Positions 33,945-43,658 of a stretch of DNA of 64,000 nucleotides are shown one piece after another; the first letter of the stretch is position 1; every line of letters begins with the position of its first letter. Position numbers and translations under genes: made by a program. Under the pieces are notes generated by a model that was given only the letters and a program-made list of their open reading frames with translations, did not search any database and was not told the origin of the DNA. The stretch is from Minisyncoccota bacterium (GTDB lineage Bacteria > Patescibacteriota > Minisyncoccia > Phycocordibacterales > UBA9973), in contig JARLIG010000009.1 of NCBI GenBank assembly GCA_031291825.1, positions 983 to 64,982 on the forward strand, given 5' to 3'.

Positions 33945-36035
33945 CTAGATATCGATTTCGGCTAGCTTGGCGTTTGATTGGATGAATGATTTTCTGGGGG
34001 GAACTTCGGAGCCCATCAGAATATCAAAAATTTTATTTGCTTCTTCGGCGTCACCAATCATTACTTTTTTTAAGACACGATGCGCTGGATCCATGGTCGT
34101 CTCCCAAAGTTCTTCTGGATTCATTTCTCCGAGACCTTTATAGCGCTGAATATGAATCTTGTTTGATTTTTTAGCAGTTTCTTCTTTTGTTTCTTCTTCC
34201 TCTTCGATGGGTTCATCTCCCTCTACTACTTCTTGTATCTCGCTTACATCTCCACTCTTGCCCACAATTTTTATTTTTTCTTCATCAGTATAAGCGTAAG
34301 AAATTTCTTTGCCTTTTTTTATTTTATAAAGCGGTGGTTGAGCGATATAAATGTATCCAGCATCAATCACTGCTCTGAAATATCGATAGAAAAGAGTCAG
34401 TAATAGTGTGCTGATGTGCGCACCGTCCACGTCGGCATCGGTCGCAATGATTATTTTATGATAACGCATTTTTTCTAAATCAAAGGTATCACCAATCGAG
34501 GTGCCCATAGCAATCACCAACGATTTCACTTCTCTGGAAGCTAACATCTTGTCTATACGCGCACGCTCAACATTTAAAATCTTTCCTCGAAGTGGCAAGA
34601 TGGCTTGAGTTCGACGATCTCGTCCTTGTTTCGCACTACCGCCCGCAGAATCTCCCTCCACAATAAATAGTTCCGAGTCAGCAGCATTTTTACTTTGACA
34701 ATCAGCCAACTTTCCCGGCAAAGTCATACCTTCAAGTGCGCCTTTACGTAAAATAGAATCCTTTGCGGCTTTGGCGGCTTTACGAGCCTTTAAGGCAAGA
34801 ATTGATTTATTGATTATGACTTTTGCTTCATCGGGATTTTCTTCTAAGAAGTTTGCAAAAGCTTCGCCGAAAACAGTCGCTACGGCACCCTGAGCTTCCA
34901 TACTGCCGAGCTTAGCCTTAGTCTGACCTTCAAATTGTATTTCGCGAAGCTTTACAGAGATGACTGCTGTCAAACCTTCCAAAACATCATCGCCGGTAAA
35001 TCCACCTTCGGACTCTTTCATCATTTCATTCTTCTTGCAGTAAGTATTTAAGGTTCGAGTCAAAGCTGTTTTAAAACCAGTCACATGTGTACCACCTTCT
35101 GGTGTATTGATATTGTTCGCAAAAGGAATAATGCGTTCTGAAATATCATCCACGTATTGCAAAGCTATTTCCACGCCGACATTGTCTAACTCTTTTTCAA
35201 CATAAAAAATATTATTCTGAACTGGCTTTTGAAATTTATTTAAATATTTTACGAGCGAAACCAACCCACCTTCGAAATAGAAAGACACGGAAGGAATCTC
35301 CAACCCGAGTTCTCTAAAATAGAATACGTCCGATGTGTCTATTTTTCCTTCCACTCCGCGGGCGTCAATAATAAGTATTTTTAATTTTTTAACCAGGTAG
35401 GCTTGTTGACGAATGTGAGCCACAACCGTATTCCAATCAAATTTTATATCGCCAAAGATTTCTTTGTCCGGTTCAAAAGTGATAATTGTGCCGTGCAGTT
35501 TTGAAGAACTCACTTTTTTGACTGCAGACTTTCTTTTACCCTGAGAATATTCTTGCATATATCTGCCACCATCGCGACAAACTTCTGCTTCACAGAAAAC
35601 AGAAAGCGCATTCACAACAGAAGCGCCGACTCCGTGCAATCCTCCAGAGACTTTATATCCTTCTCCGCCGAATTTTCCTCCAGCATGCAGTGTAGTCATA
35701 ACAGTTTCGAGTGCAGAAACTTTTGTCTTCTTGTGCATATCCACGGGAATACCTCGGCCATTGTCGGCTACGCGAATTCGATTATTTGGCAAAAGTACAA
35801 TTTCAATATCATCACAAAAACCACCCATCGCTTCATCACGGGAATTGTCAAAAATCTCCCAAACTAGGTGGTGTAAGCCTTCAGGACCAGTTGTACCAAT
35901 GTACATACCAGGACGGCGCCTAACAGGCTCTAGGCCCTCTAGAACTGAAATGTCAGAAGCATCATAACGATGCCCCTTGTCGGAGACATTATCTGTTCTG
36001 CCGGCATCTTTTTTGCCCTCTTTTCCTTTTGCCAT
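33945..36035 (-). CDS. gyrB: DNA gyrase subunit B (type IIA topoisomerase ATPase subunit; GyrB/ParE)
   Basis: GHKL ATPase motifs, EGDSAGG, PLRGKILN, the TOPRIM domain and an acidic C-terminal tail. Confidence 0.9.
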   Translation of the reverse strand: MAKGKEGKKDAGRTDNVSDKGHRYDASDISVLEGLEPVRRRPGMYIGTTGPEGLHHLVWEIFDNSRDEAMGGFCDDIEIVLLPNNRIRVADNGRGIPVDMHKKTKVSALETVMTTLHAGGKFGGEGYKVSGGLHGVGASVVNALSVFCEAEVCRDGGRYMQEYSQGKRKSAVKKVSSSKLHGTIITFEPDKEIFGDIKFDWNTVVAHIRQQAYLVKKLKILIIDARGVEGKIDTSDVFYFRELGLEIPSVSFYFEGGLVSLVKYLNKFQKPVQNNIFYVEKELDNVGVEIALQYVDDISERIIPFANNINTPEGGTHVTGFKTALTRTLNTYCKKNEMMKESEGGFTGDDVLEGLTAVISVKLREIQFEGQTKAKLGSMEAQGAVATVFGEAFANFLEENPDEAKVIINKSILALKARKAAKAAKDSILRKGALEGMTLPGKLADCQSKNAADSELFIVEGDSAGGSAKQGRDRRTQAILPLRGKILNVERARIDKMLASREVKSLVIAMGTSIGDTFDLEKMRYHKIIIATDADVDGAHISTLLLTLFYRYFRAVIDAGYIYIAQPPLYKIKKGKEISYAYTDEEKIKIVGKSGDVSEIQEVVEGDEPIEEEEETKEETAKKSNKIHIQRYKGLGEMNPEELWETTMDPAHRVLKKVMIGDAEEANKIFDILMGSEVPPRKSFIQSNAKLAEIDI

Positions 36036-36056
36036 ATGGGTCTATTATAGCAGAGT

Positions 36057-37865
36057 TTATCTCACCTGCCAACCATTATTCTCCTTGATTTTATTAGTTA
36101 TTTTAGTCATAATATCGTTCACTTCTTGGTCAGTCAAAGTCCTTTCGTAAGACTGAAAAACTAATCTAAAAGCGTAAGAAATTTTCCCATCTTTTTTAAA
36201 TTCATCAAAAAGTTCTGGTCCTCGCACAACCACCTCTCCCATATTTTCTTTTATTATTTTTTCTACTTTGGAACTTTTTACGTCCTCTCCCACCCAGACT
36301 GCCATATCACGTGCGATAAAAGGAAACAGGGACCACATTTTAAATATCGGAGCAGAATTCTGCTGGCGGAAGGTTCCAGCCGAAGGCTGGAGTAATGCCG
36401 AAGAATTCTGCTCCGATATTTCTTTACAGAATTCATTGAGTGTCATTTCTTTTACTTCTTTTTTGTTTCCGAAGGCAATATGCATTTCTTCCCCGCTCTT
36501 TTTAAACACCGTTCCAATTTCAAAAACTTTCGCTTGTTCTACTCCCAAAAGCGGCGCATTGGCTTGATTTAACTTTACGCTTTCTTTTAATCCGTCCGAT
36601 AAATTTGTTCGCAAAAAGTTTTTGTCGGAAGCCGAAGCCAAGACAGACACTTCTCCTTTGTTACTGAAACTCGTATTCATCACCTCAGAATATCCATCAT
36701 TTAACAATTTGTGTCTGGCCCAAAGAATTTTTGAATATGTTTCATTTACTTTTGGTTTAAAATTTATTTTAGGAATATTCCCTTTTACTTTGTCGTAGCC
36801 TAAAATTCTTCCTACTTCTTCCGCCATATCTTCTTCAATCACTAAATCTAGTCGCATTGGTGGCACTGTAATTTCAAAACTTCCCCTATCTTCGCTGTAT
36901 TCAAAATTATATTTCTTTAAAATATTTTTGATTTCATCAATTGAAATGCCCACGCCTAAAATTTTAGAAATTTTATCAACGGAAAAAGAAAGTTTTTTAA
37001 CTTCCTGCTTCTTTGGGTAAACATCGACAACATCTTCAAAGGAGGCCAGAGGACACATTTCTAAGATAAGAGCTGAAAATTCAAGCATGGCATAAGAACC
37101 GAGCTCTGGAGACAAATCATTTTCAAAACGCTTTTTGGCATCAGTGACGATGTTTAAAGCTTGAGCGGTTTTGCGAACGGAAGTCGGGTCAAAATTTGCT
37201 ACCTCTAAAATAATATTTTTTGTGTCATTATTTACTTCCGCAATTTTTCCACCTTTTATCCCAGCCACGGCAAGAACATTTTTAGCGTCGGCAATAACCA
37301 AATGAGAAGTTTCTAATTTACAATCTTTGTTGTCTAATGTTGTCATCTTTTCACTATCTTTTGCCATGCGAGCCACCAACTTCTCACTCACTTTATCTAA
37401 ATCAAAAACATGTGTCGGCTGACCACAATCAAACATCACAATGTTTGCCGCATCCACCATATTATTAATGCTTCTCTGCCCTACTGATTCCAAATGCTTT
37501 ACTACCCACTCTGGAGAAGGACCAACTTTTACATTGCGAATGATTCGCCCCATGTATCGACGACATTTATCACTTTCTATTTCTATCTTTAGATTAGTCA
37601 ATTTTGATTCTGGAATTTTATATTTTGGAGTGGGGTCAACAAATTTTATATTTAAAAGTGAAGCGAGTTCTCGAGCTACTCCTTGATGTGAAAGCAAATC
37701 ATGTGCGCGGTTTGGTAAAACTTTAATATCAAAAATAATATCTCCATCAGATTTTTTTTCCAGACTTTCTACCTCGCAAAGATGGTAATTAAAAATATCA
37801 ACCAATTTTTCAGCTTCGGGAGCTTCTGGGATATACCATTTGAGCCAATTGTAGGAAATATTCAT
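36057..37865 (-). CDS. pheT: Phenylalanyl-tRNA synthetase beta subunit (reduced, 602 aa) carrying an in-frame palindromic-element insertion
   Basis: B3/B4 and B5 domains, FPFIARDMAVWV motif; its position after pheS. Confidence 0.85.
   Translation of the reverse strand: MNISYNWLKWYIPEAPEAEKLVDIFNYHLCEVESLEKKSDGDIIFDIKVLPNRAHDLLSHQGVARELASLLNIKFVDPTPKYKIPESKLTNLKIEIESDKCRRYMGRIIRNVKVGPSPEWVVKHLESVGQRSINNMVDAANIVMFDCGQPTHVFDLDKVSEKLVARMAKDSEKMTTLDNKDCKLETSHLVIADAKNVLAVAGIKGGKIAEVNNDTKNIILEVANFDPTSVRKTAQALNIVTDAKKRFENDLSPELGSYAMLEFSALILEMCPLASFEDVVDVYPKKQEVKKLSFSVDKISKILGVGISIDEIKNILKKYNFEYSEDRGSFEITVPPMRLDLVIEEDMAEEVGRILGYDKVKGNIPKINFKPKVNETYSKILWARHKLLNDGYSEVMNTSFSNKGEVSVLASASDKNFLRTNLSDGLKESVKLNQANAPLLGVEQAKVFEIGTVFKKSGEEMHIAFGNKKEVKEMTLNEFCKEISEQNSSALLQPSAGTFRQQNSAPIFKMWSLFPFIARDMAVWVGEDVKSSKVEKIIKENMGEVVVRGPELFDEFKKDGKISYAFRLVFQSYERTLTDQEVNDIMTKITNKIKENNGWQVR
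36342..36421. mobile_element. Palindromic GC-rich element, copy 1 (core A ggaaggttccagccgaaggctggagtaa between inverted arms aaatatcggagcagaattc / gaattctgctccgatattt), in frame within pheT
   Basis: Near-perfect 20-bp inverted arms and a core shared with 38375-38446 and 44486-44573. It encodes LLQPSAGTF in PheT. Confidence 0.7.
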
Positions 37866-37869
37866 AAAA

Positions 37870-38661
37870 TTAAAACTGATTGAGTCTCAAATCTCCCTGA
37901 TAAAAGAAACGTACATCGGAAATACCCCATTTAATCATCGCAATACGGTCGAGCCCATGTCCAAAAGCAAACCCTTGCACCTTCTTCGGGTCCAAGCCAA
38001 TATTGCGCAAAACATTCGGATGCAGCATTCCAGAGCCACCCATCTCTAGCCATTTACCTTTGAACTTCGCAAAAACTTCCAGCGAGGGTTCAGTGAATGG
38101 GAAAAAGCTTGGCCTAAATTCAATGACAACTTCTTCGCCCAACATTTTTTTATAAAATTGAGTCAGCACGCCTTTCATATCCGCCACCGAAATATTCTCC
38201 CCTACCATCGCGCCATCTATCTGGTAAAATTGCATTTCGTGCGTCGCGTCGGTCGCTTCGTTTCTGAAAACTTTTCCAATGGAAATAAAAGCGGCAGGGA
38301 TTCTGCCCTCTTTCCCTGCTTGTTCAATCGCCCGCGCAGTGACGGAAGTCGTGTGCGTACGAAGCACAAGAGAAGCAGGAGAAGAATTTTTTTCGTGGAA
38401 GGTTCCAGCCGAAGGCTGGAGTAAGCGAGAAAAATTCTTCTCCTGCGAATCTTTAATAAAAAAAGTGTCCTGCATATCACGGGCTGGATGATCTTTCGGA
38501 ACATTTAAAACATCAAAGTTATACCATTCACTTTCCAACTCTGGTCCAGTCGCAATTTCAAAGCCCATATCCGAAAAAACCTGAAGAGCCTCTTGCGCCA
38601 ACAACGAAAGCGGATGGATTGTTCCAGAGTCTAATTTTTTTTCATTTTCTTCGTTGCTCAT
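37870..38661 (-). CDS. pheS: Phenylalanyl-tRNA synthetase alpha subunit (reduced, 263 aa) carrying an in-frame palindromic-element insertion
   Basis: HPARDMQDTFFI ... LVLRTHTTSV ... FRPSFFPFTEPS class-II motifs. Confidence 0.88.
   Translation of the reverse strand: MSNEENEKKLDSGTIHPLSLLAQEALQVFSDMGFEIATGPELESEWYNFDVLNVPKDHPARDMQDTFFIKDSQEKNFSRLLQPSAGTFHEKNSSPASLVLRTHTTSVTARAIEQAGKEGRIPAAFISIGKVFRNEATDATHEMQFYQIDGAMVGENISVADMKGVLTQFYKKMLGEEVVIEFRPSFFPFTEPSLEVFAKFKGKWLEMGGSGMLHPNVLRNIGLDPKKVQGFAFGHGLDRIAMIKWGISDVRFFYQGDLRLNQF
38375..38446. mobile_element. Palindromic GC-rich element, copy 2 (the same core A; arms gcaggagaagaatttttttc / gagaaaaattcttctcctgc), in frame within pheS (72 bp = 24 codons)
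   Basis: The core is identical to copy 1. It sits between the conserved PheS motifs DTFFI and LRTHT, where homologues have only ~5 residues. Confidence 0.75.
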
Positions 38662-38922
38662 TTAAAGAAGGTGATGCTCTTTTTTTCTTAATTCATATTT
38701 ATCATCACCAGTATGGATAATAGTAAAATCAGTACTGCCATGATAGCCTTCTGGACGATTTGTTTCAAAATGCGTCACCCCCGTTAAGTGATTATGGTGC
38801 GCAGCCTCTAAAAAAGCCTTAGCATCATCAGGATGGTCGGTTAAAAATTTAACAGCATGCTCCGCAGAATCACTACCATCTGGAATAGTTACTTGTTTAC
38901 CTTGTATATTTATTGTTGCCAT
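38662..38922 (-). CDS. Small His-rich hypothetical protein
   Basis: 86-aa ORF immediately upstream of pheS; no recognised motif. Confidence 0.35.
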   Translation of the reverse strand: MATINIQGKQVTIPDGSDSAEHAVKFLTDHPDDAKAFLEAAHHNHLTGVTHFETNRPEGYHGSTDFTIIHTGDDKYELRKKEHHLL

Positions 38923-38953
38923 ATATTATTAAGTTAAACTAATAATATAACAA

Positions 38954-39880
38954 TTATATCAAATTTGCCTCTACCTTACTAATCTTCCGACCGTGACGTG
39001 ACAAGACACATCCGCCCATGCAAAAAACGTTTCCATCACCTTTAGTCACACAATTTTCGCAAGCAATAAAATGTCGATGACAAACTGGATTAGCGCAATT
39101 CACGTAATTTTCGGATTGTTCGCCACAATGGTCACATTTACCAATTATTTCATGTTTTGAATCATCCGTATAAAATCCCATCGTCACTCGCCCATCAAAA
39201 ACATATAACTTTCCCTGAAAATCTTCATTGGGGTACTTTTCCATATAACTCACGATTCCCCCATCTAGCTGATACACGTCAGTAAAACCTCCCTTAATTA
39301 AAAATCCAGAAGCTTTTTCGCAACGTACACCACCAGTACAAACCGTTAAGACAATTTTATTTTTTAAATGATAAATTTGTTCCACAACTTTGGGTAAATC
39401 TCTGAAATTTTCAATTGGTGGCAAAATAGAATTTTTAAAATGTCCTACCTTATGTTCGTAAACATTTCTCATATCCACAATGTAAAATTCTTTTCCATTT
39501 TTAATCCATTCATGTAATTCTGCCGGCGCTAAATGCACACCGGTTATTTGATTCGGGTCAATATCGCAAGTGCCTAAATGAAGCGATACAATTTCTTTGC
39601 GAACTTTGATAGACAATCTCGGAAAAGCATTTCCATTACTTGCACTTAGTTTAAAATGAATATTTAAAAACCTCTTATCTTTTTCGAGTTCCTTGATATA
39701 TTCCGCAATATTTTCTTTAGTTCCTTCAAAAGTTATGTTGATACCCTCCTGAGCAATAATACCTCTGCCTTTGAGTTCTAGCCGCGCGCAGATGTCTTCC
39801 TGCCAAGCCTTTACCGCCTCGGGGTCATCAATATGCACATATTTATAAAATAAGATGATTTGGTGCCGTTCTTCATTCAT
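38954..39880 (-). CDS. trhO: Rhodanese-domain tRNA uridine(34) hydroxylase TrhO (UPF0176/YceA family) with a C-terminal Cys-rich zinc ribbon
   Basis: ILFYKYVHIDDPE N-terminus, rhodanese active-site loop TVCTGGVRCEKAS, C-terminal CDHCGE..C..C..C cluster. Confidence 0.75.
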   Translation of the reverse strand: MNEERHQIILFYKYVHIDDPEAVKAWQEDICARLELKGRGIIAQEGINITFEGTKENIAEYIKELEKDKRFLNIHFKLSASNGNAFPRLSIKVRKEIVSLHLGTCDIDPNQITGVHLAPAELHEWIKNGKEFYIVDMRNVYEHKVGHFKNSILPPIENFRDLPKVVEQIYHLKNKIVLTVCTGGVRCEKASGFLIKGGFTDVYQLDGGIVSYMEKYPNEDFQGKLYVFDGRVTMGFYTDDSKHEIIGKCDHCGEQSENYVNCANPVCHRHFIACENCVTKGDGNVFCMGGCVLSRHGRKISKVEANLI

Positions 39881-39909
39881 AGAGATATCTTAACGACAAA
39901 AAGAAAAAA

Positions 39910-42900
39910 TTACAATTGTTTATATATCTCGGCCATTTGGCAATACTCGCACTCTGTATTTTTACCATAGGAATTGTAGTTACAAGGGCGAGCCATCCAT
40001 TCCCCTGTTTTTACCAGATGGTCGTAATCTTTAATATCTTTAATTAGAAGTTCTATCTTCTTCTCATCAATAAAAGTACTGTAAAAATTATCTTTGTCAT
40101 TTTTTGCTTCCAAAAATTCCAAAACTGATTCCTGCACGTTTACTTTATTTTTTCTACTTTCCTTTAAAAGAAAAGAGTACATCGCCAACTGGCGCATATA
40201 ATCGCTCATTCTTCCCTCTTCATTTATCTTTTCTATATCAATTTTCTTGCGAGCATTGCCAGTCTTAAAATCAACCACTCGCACATTTTCTACACCAAGC
40301 TCTTCCACCAAGTCGAGTTTTCCATAAATATTTAAATGTGGGAATTCTTTCGCATGAATGGAGATGCTTTTTTCATTTTCTCTTTTTTCGCTGATTTCTG
40401 GTAATCTACTTTTGACCCATTTAGCAACAATCTTTAAAGCTTCTTTGTTATTCCCCACAAAAGCAATCATTTCTTTTTCCGTCGGAATCTTCTTTAATTT
40501 TAAGATTTTATCAATCGCTCCATGAACAGTATTTCCAAATTCCAAACTTTCACTTTTTGGTTCCGGTAATTTAAGCAGATTCCTAAAATACCATTTACGT
40601 GGACATTCAAAGAAATTATTGAGTAAAGATACAGAAACATTTGTATCGAGATATTCCCGCGCAACCATTTTGGTTAATTTTTCTAAAACATTTTCGGTAT
40701 TTTCTACTTTGGTTGAAATAACATAATTTTTTGGGTCACTCGCAATAATTTTACTCTCAGTTTCCGAAAAAGAAAATTTATTGAAAACTTTAGAAATACC
40801 AGAAACATCTGATACTATTTTAGCCAGTTCCTGCCCTTGTCCGCTGTAAGAAAATCTTGAATAAGATATATTGCAAAATCTTTTAGCTCGAGTAATTGCC
40901 ACATAAAGCTCTCGCTTGGCCGTCATTTCATCTTTGGCCTCTATCTTTGAAGCGACAGAAAGAGGTAAAGTAAAGTTGTTACGCTTTCCTTTCATTAATC
41001 CATTCTCATCCATGTGTGCTATCCAAACAAAATCAAATTCCAAACCTTTAGAACCATGCAAGGTCATCACCTTTACGCCTTCATCACTTTGGAAAACAGC
41101 AAGCGGAACATCTTCCCCATATTCACGAAGTCTTTCAATAAAAGAAATATACTCAGGCAAAGAACTTTTGGATTTTTTATTTTCATTAATATTTTTCTCT
41201 GAAAAAGAAAGTGCTAAGTGAAGCAAAGTCCGAATAACTTCAATTCGACGCATTAGTTCTTCATGATTTTTCGCGGTTTTGATTAAAACCTCATCTCCAG
41301 CCAACTGAATCAAGCCATAAACGTCAGAAGAACTTTGTCCAACAACCAAGTTTTTTAATTTTTCTGCCCAAGCTTTGATTGCTCCATCTTTATTAAACAA
41401 ATCATCTTGCAGAGAAAGCATTTCTTCTAAAGAAATATCTTTGCCATGTTTTTTATATAAATATTCATGTGCTGAAAAAATAGGTATGCCAACAATGGGA
41501 TCCAGTAATGTTTCCGACAAAGAAACTGCATCATTGATGTTCGCACAAATTTTCAAAACCCTAAACAATGTTTCAAATTCCAATGTTTCAAAAAGTGTCA
41601 TATTTTGCATTGAAGCAACCTTGATGCCCATATCTTTTAAAACTCTGATAGCCGAAATCACTTGCCTATTTTTAGGAACCAGCACGGCGCAACTATTAAT
41701 ATCAACTTTATCATTTTTAATTGTTCTGCTTTGCTCACCACCTTCCGTTTTTTCTTTGATTTGTAAACCGCAAGCGATAATTTCGTCACGTGGATAATCG
41801 CATTCAATCAAATTTAAATTATTATTTTCCTTCAAGGTGGCAATTAATTTTTCGGTGGAAAAAGAACTGGAAAGTAAACTGTCGGCGGTATTTAAAATAT
41901 TTTCAGTTGAACGATAATTGTTGGTTAGAAATATTACCTTAGCCTTGCCGAACATTGTTTTAAATTCTTCAAAATGCGACATTTTAGCGCCACCGAAGGC
42001 ATAAATCAGTTGACGGTCGTCACCAACCGCAAAAATACTCGGATGATCTTCTTTTTGCCAAATGGCTTTGAGTAAATCATTTTGCGCCCCGCTTGAATCC
42101 TGGTGTTCATCAATCAAAACATATAAATATTTTTCCTGGATTTCTGCTCGAGCCTCTTCACCTTTTTCCATTATTTCAATCGCATACTTTATGACATCAT
42201 CATAGTCCATCAAGTACTTTTCTCGTTTATGCTTTTCATACAGTTCATAGAAGGTGACAATTTCTTTAGTTCGCTCCAAGCTTTCAATTCTCGTCACAAA
42301 TTCTTTTTTCATTTTTCCCTTACTTTCGCCACGAGTAGAAATGCTATCTTCGTCCCGCTCGATGTGAGATATTTCATCTTCAATTTCTTTTAGAAATTCT
42401 TTCGGCGTCAGTCTTTCCCGCTTTAAAAGAGAAATTAGGGATTTTAATTCTTTAAAATGTCTACCGATGTCTCCTCTCGGACGCAAATACCTCCAATCGT
42501 TTTCACGCAAAATTTCATCGCAGATTGAAACACTCTCCGCATCTTCCAAAATTCTTGGCGCTAAATCAAAATCAAGCAGAGAATAAAACTCTTCCACTAT
42601 CTGCCCTGCAAATTTATGAAAGGTAAGAATATGCACACGGGAAGCTGTGTTGCCAATATATCTGGTGAGCCTATCCCGCATCGCCCGTACGGCGGAATTT
42701 GTAAAAGTCAGACACAAAACTCCATCTGCTCCGATATCTGTTTTTTTTAAAATATTGCCAATACGCAAGGCTAAAATCTGCGTTTTTCCTGTACCTGGAC
42801 CAGCCACAACCATTACCGGACCATCAATGGTTTCTACCGCCTCCTTCTGCGCAGGGTTCAGCTTCTTGTATTCTTCTTCGAATTTTTCGGCAGTCACACT

Positions 42901-42915
42901 AATATTATATACCAA
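39910..42915 (-). CDS. UvrD/PcrA-family superfamily-1 DNA helicase fused to a C-terminal PD-(D/E)XK (RecB/Cas4-like) nuclease domain with a 4-Cys cluster
   Basis: Walker A AGPGTGKTQIL; helicase motifs through TLHGSKGLEFD and YVAITRAK; C-terminal C..RKWYF ... CNYNSYGKNTECEYC. Confidence 0.75.
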   Translation of the reverse strand: MVYNISVTAEKFEEEYKKLNPAQKEAVETIDGPVMVVAGPGTGKTQILALRIGNILKKTDIGADGVLCLTFTNSAVRAMRDRLTRYIGNTASRVHILTFHKFAGQIVEEFYSLLDFDLAPRILEDAESVSICDEILRENDWRYLRPRGDIGRHFKELKSLISLLKRERLTPKEFLKEIEDEISHIERDEDSISTRGESKGKMKKEFVTRIESLERTKEIVTFYELYEKHKREKYLMDYDDVIKYAIEIMEKGEEARAEIQEKYLYVLIDEHQDSSGAQNDLLKAIWQKEDHPSIFAVGDDRQLIYAFGGAKMSHFEEFKTMFGKAKVIFLTNNYRSTENILNTADSLLSSSFSTEKLIATLKENNNLNLIECDYPRDEIIACGLQIKEKTEGGEQSRTIKNDKVDINSCAVLVPKNRQVISAIRVLKDMGIKVASMQNMTLFETLEFETLFRVLKICANINDAVSLSETLLDPIVGIPIFSAHEYLYKKHGKDISLEEMLSLQDDLFNKDGAIKAWAEKLKNLVVGQSSSDVYGLIQLAGDEVLIKTAKNHEELMRRIEVIRTLLHLALSFSEKNINENKKSKSSLPEYISFIERLREYGEDVPLAVFQSDEGVKVMTLHGSKGLEFDFVWIAHMDENGLMKGKRNNFTLPLSVASKIEAKDEMTAKRELYVAITRAKRFCNISYSRFSYSGQGQELAKIVSDVSGISKVFNKFSFSETESKIIASDPKNYVISTKVENTENVLEKLTKMVAREYLDTNVSVSLLNNFFECPRKWYFRNLLKLPEPKSESLEFGNTVHGAIDKILKLKKIPTEKEMIAFVGNNKEALKIVAKWVKSRLPEISEKRENEKSISIHAKEFPHLNIYGKLDLVEELGVENVRVVDFKTGNARKKIDIEKINEEGRMSDYMRQLAMYSFLLKESRKNKVNVQESVLEFLEAKNDKDNFYSTFIDEKKIELLIKDIKDYDHLVKTGEWMARPCNYNSYGKNTECEYCQMAEIYKQL

Positions 42916-43049
42916 TTAACAAATTTAAAAACTCGTTGCAGGCGTACTTTTTAGAAAGCCTTGGGAGTCGCGACGGCGACGGACAGAGAAAATTTTCAGC
43001 AGAAAATTTTTGTGCTTTATAAAAAGTATGCCAAAAAAGAGTTTTTTAG

Positions 43050-43454
43050 CTATTCAGTTGTCACTCCATCAAATTCTTCGTCATTTTCTTTCTTTTCTGC
43101 TTCTGCCTTGGTGGCTCGCACAATGCCATCTTTGTGATGGGCTGGAGAATAAAGAGTGTAAAGTTTCAAGTCTTCTGTTCCGGAGGTATTGATAACATTG
43201 TGCTGTGCTCCAGCTGGAACAATAATAGCCGAACCATCTTTAACATCATAATAGTTTCCATCGATAACACATTTACCCATACCTTTCTCAAAACGAAAAA
43301 ATTGGTCATTCTCAGCATGAGTTTCCATTCCAATTTCTTCCATTGGTTTCAGGCTCATTAAAACCAATTGACTATGTTTGCTGGTGTATACAACCTTGCG
43401 AAAATTTGTATTTTCAATGGTGTCTTTTTCAATGTTTGCATTAAATCCTTTCAT
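43050..43454 (-). CDS. Cupin-domain protein
   Basis: Double-stranded beta-helix motifs (GMETHAENDQFFRFEKG ... AIIVPAGAQHNVINTS). Confidence 0.6.
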   Translation of the reverse strand: MKGFNANIEKDTIENTNFRKVVYTSKHSQLVLMSLKPMEEIGMETHAENDQFFRFEKGMGKCVIDGNYYDVKDGSAIIVPAGAQHNVINTSGTEDLKLYTLYSPAHHKDGIVRATKAEAEKKENDEEFDGVTTE

Positions 43455-43570
43455 AAATTTATTTCCCTTTATTATTGATAAATCTCCGACTTAGTATAAT
43501 TTTACCATAAACACTTTCTTTTTGCGTAAAATAATGTAAATTAAGGGTATTGGATTTTATAAGCATTTTG

Positions 43571-43657
43571 GAGGGTTCGCATAGCGGTCTAGTGCGCACG
43601 CTTGGAAAGCGTGTGTGGAGCAATCCACCAGGAGTTCGAATCTCCTACCCTCCGCCA
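43571..43657 (+). tRNA. tRNA-Ser (anticodon GGA), class II with a long variable arm and a genomically encoded CCA
   Basis: Manual fold: acceptor GGAGGGT/ACCCTCC, 3-bp D-stem, anticodon stem CACGC/GCGTG with loop TTGGAAA, 16-nt variable arm, T-arm AGGAG-TTCGAAT-CTCCT, discriminator G, then CCA. Confidence 0.85.
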
Positions 43658-43658
43658 A

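Noticed and set aside
36268-38491. Plus-strand ORFs 36268-36567 and 38279-38491 sharing the peptide KVPAEGWS
   Set aside because: They are shadow ORFs. The shared peptide is just the opposite-strand reading of the palindromic element core inside pheT and pheS, so they are not genes.
43571-43657. tRNA-Sec or tRNA-Leu for the long-variable-arm tRNA
   Set aside because: The anticodon loop reads TTGGAAA (anticodon GGA = Ser), the discriminator is G73 and the D-stem is 3 bp, the canonical tRNA-Ser configuration. No 8/5 acceptor/T-arm arrangement typical of tRNA-Sec is present.
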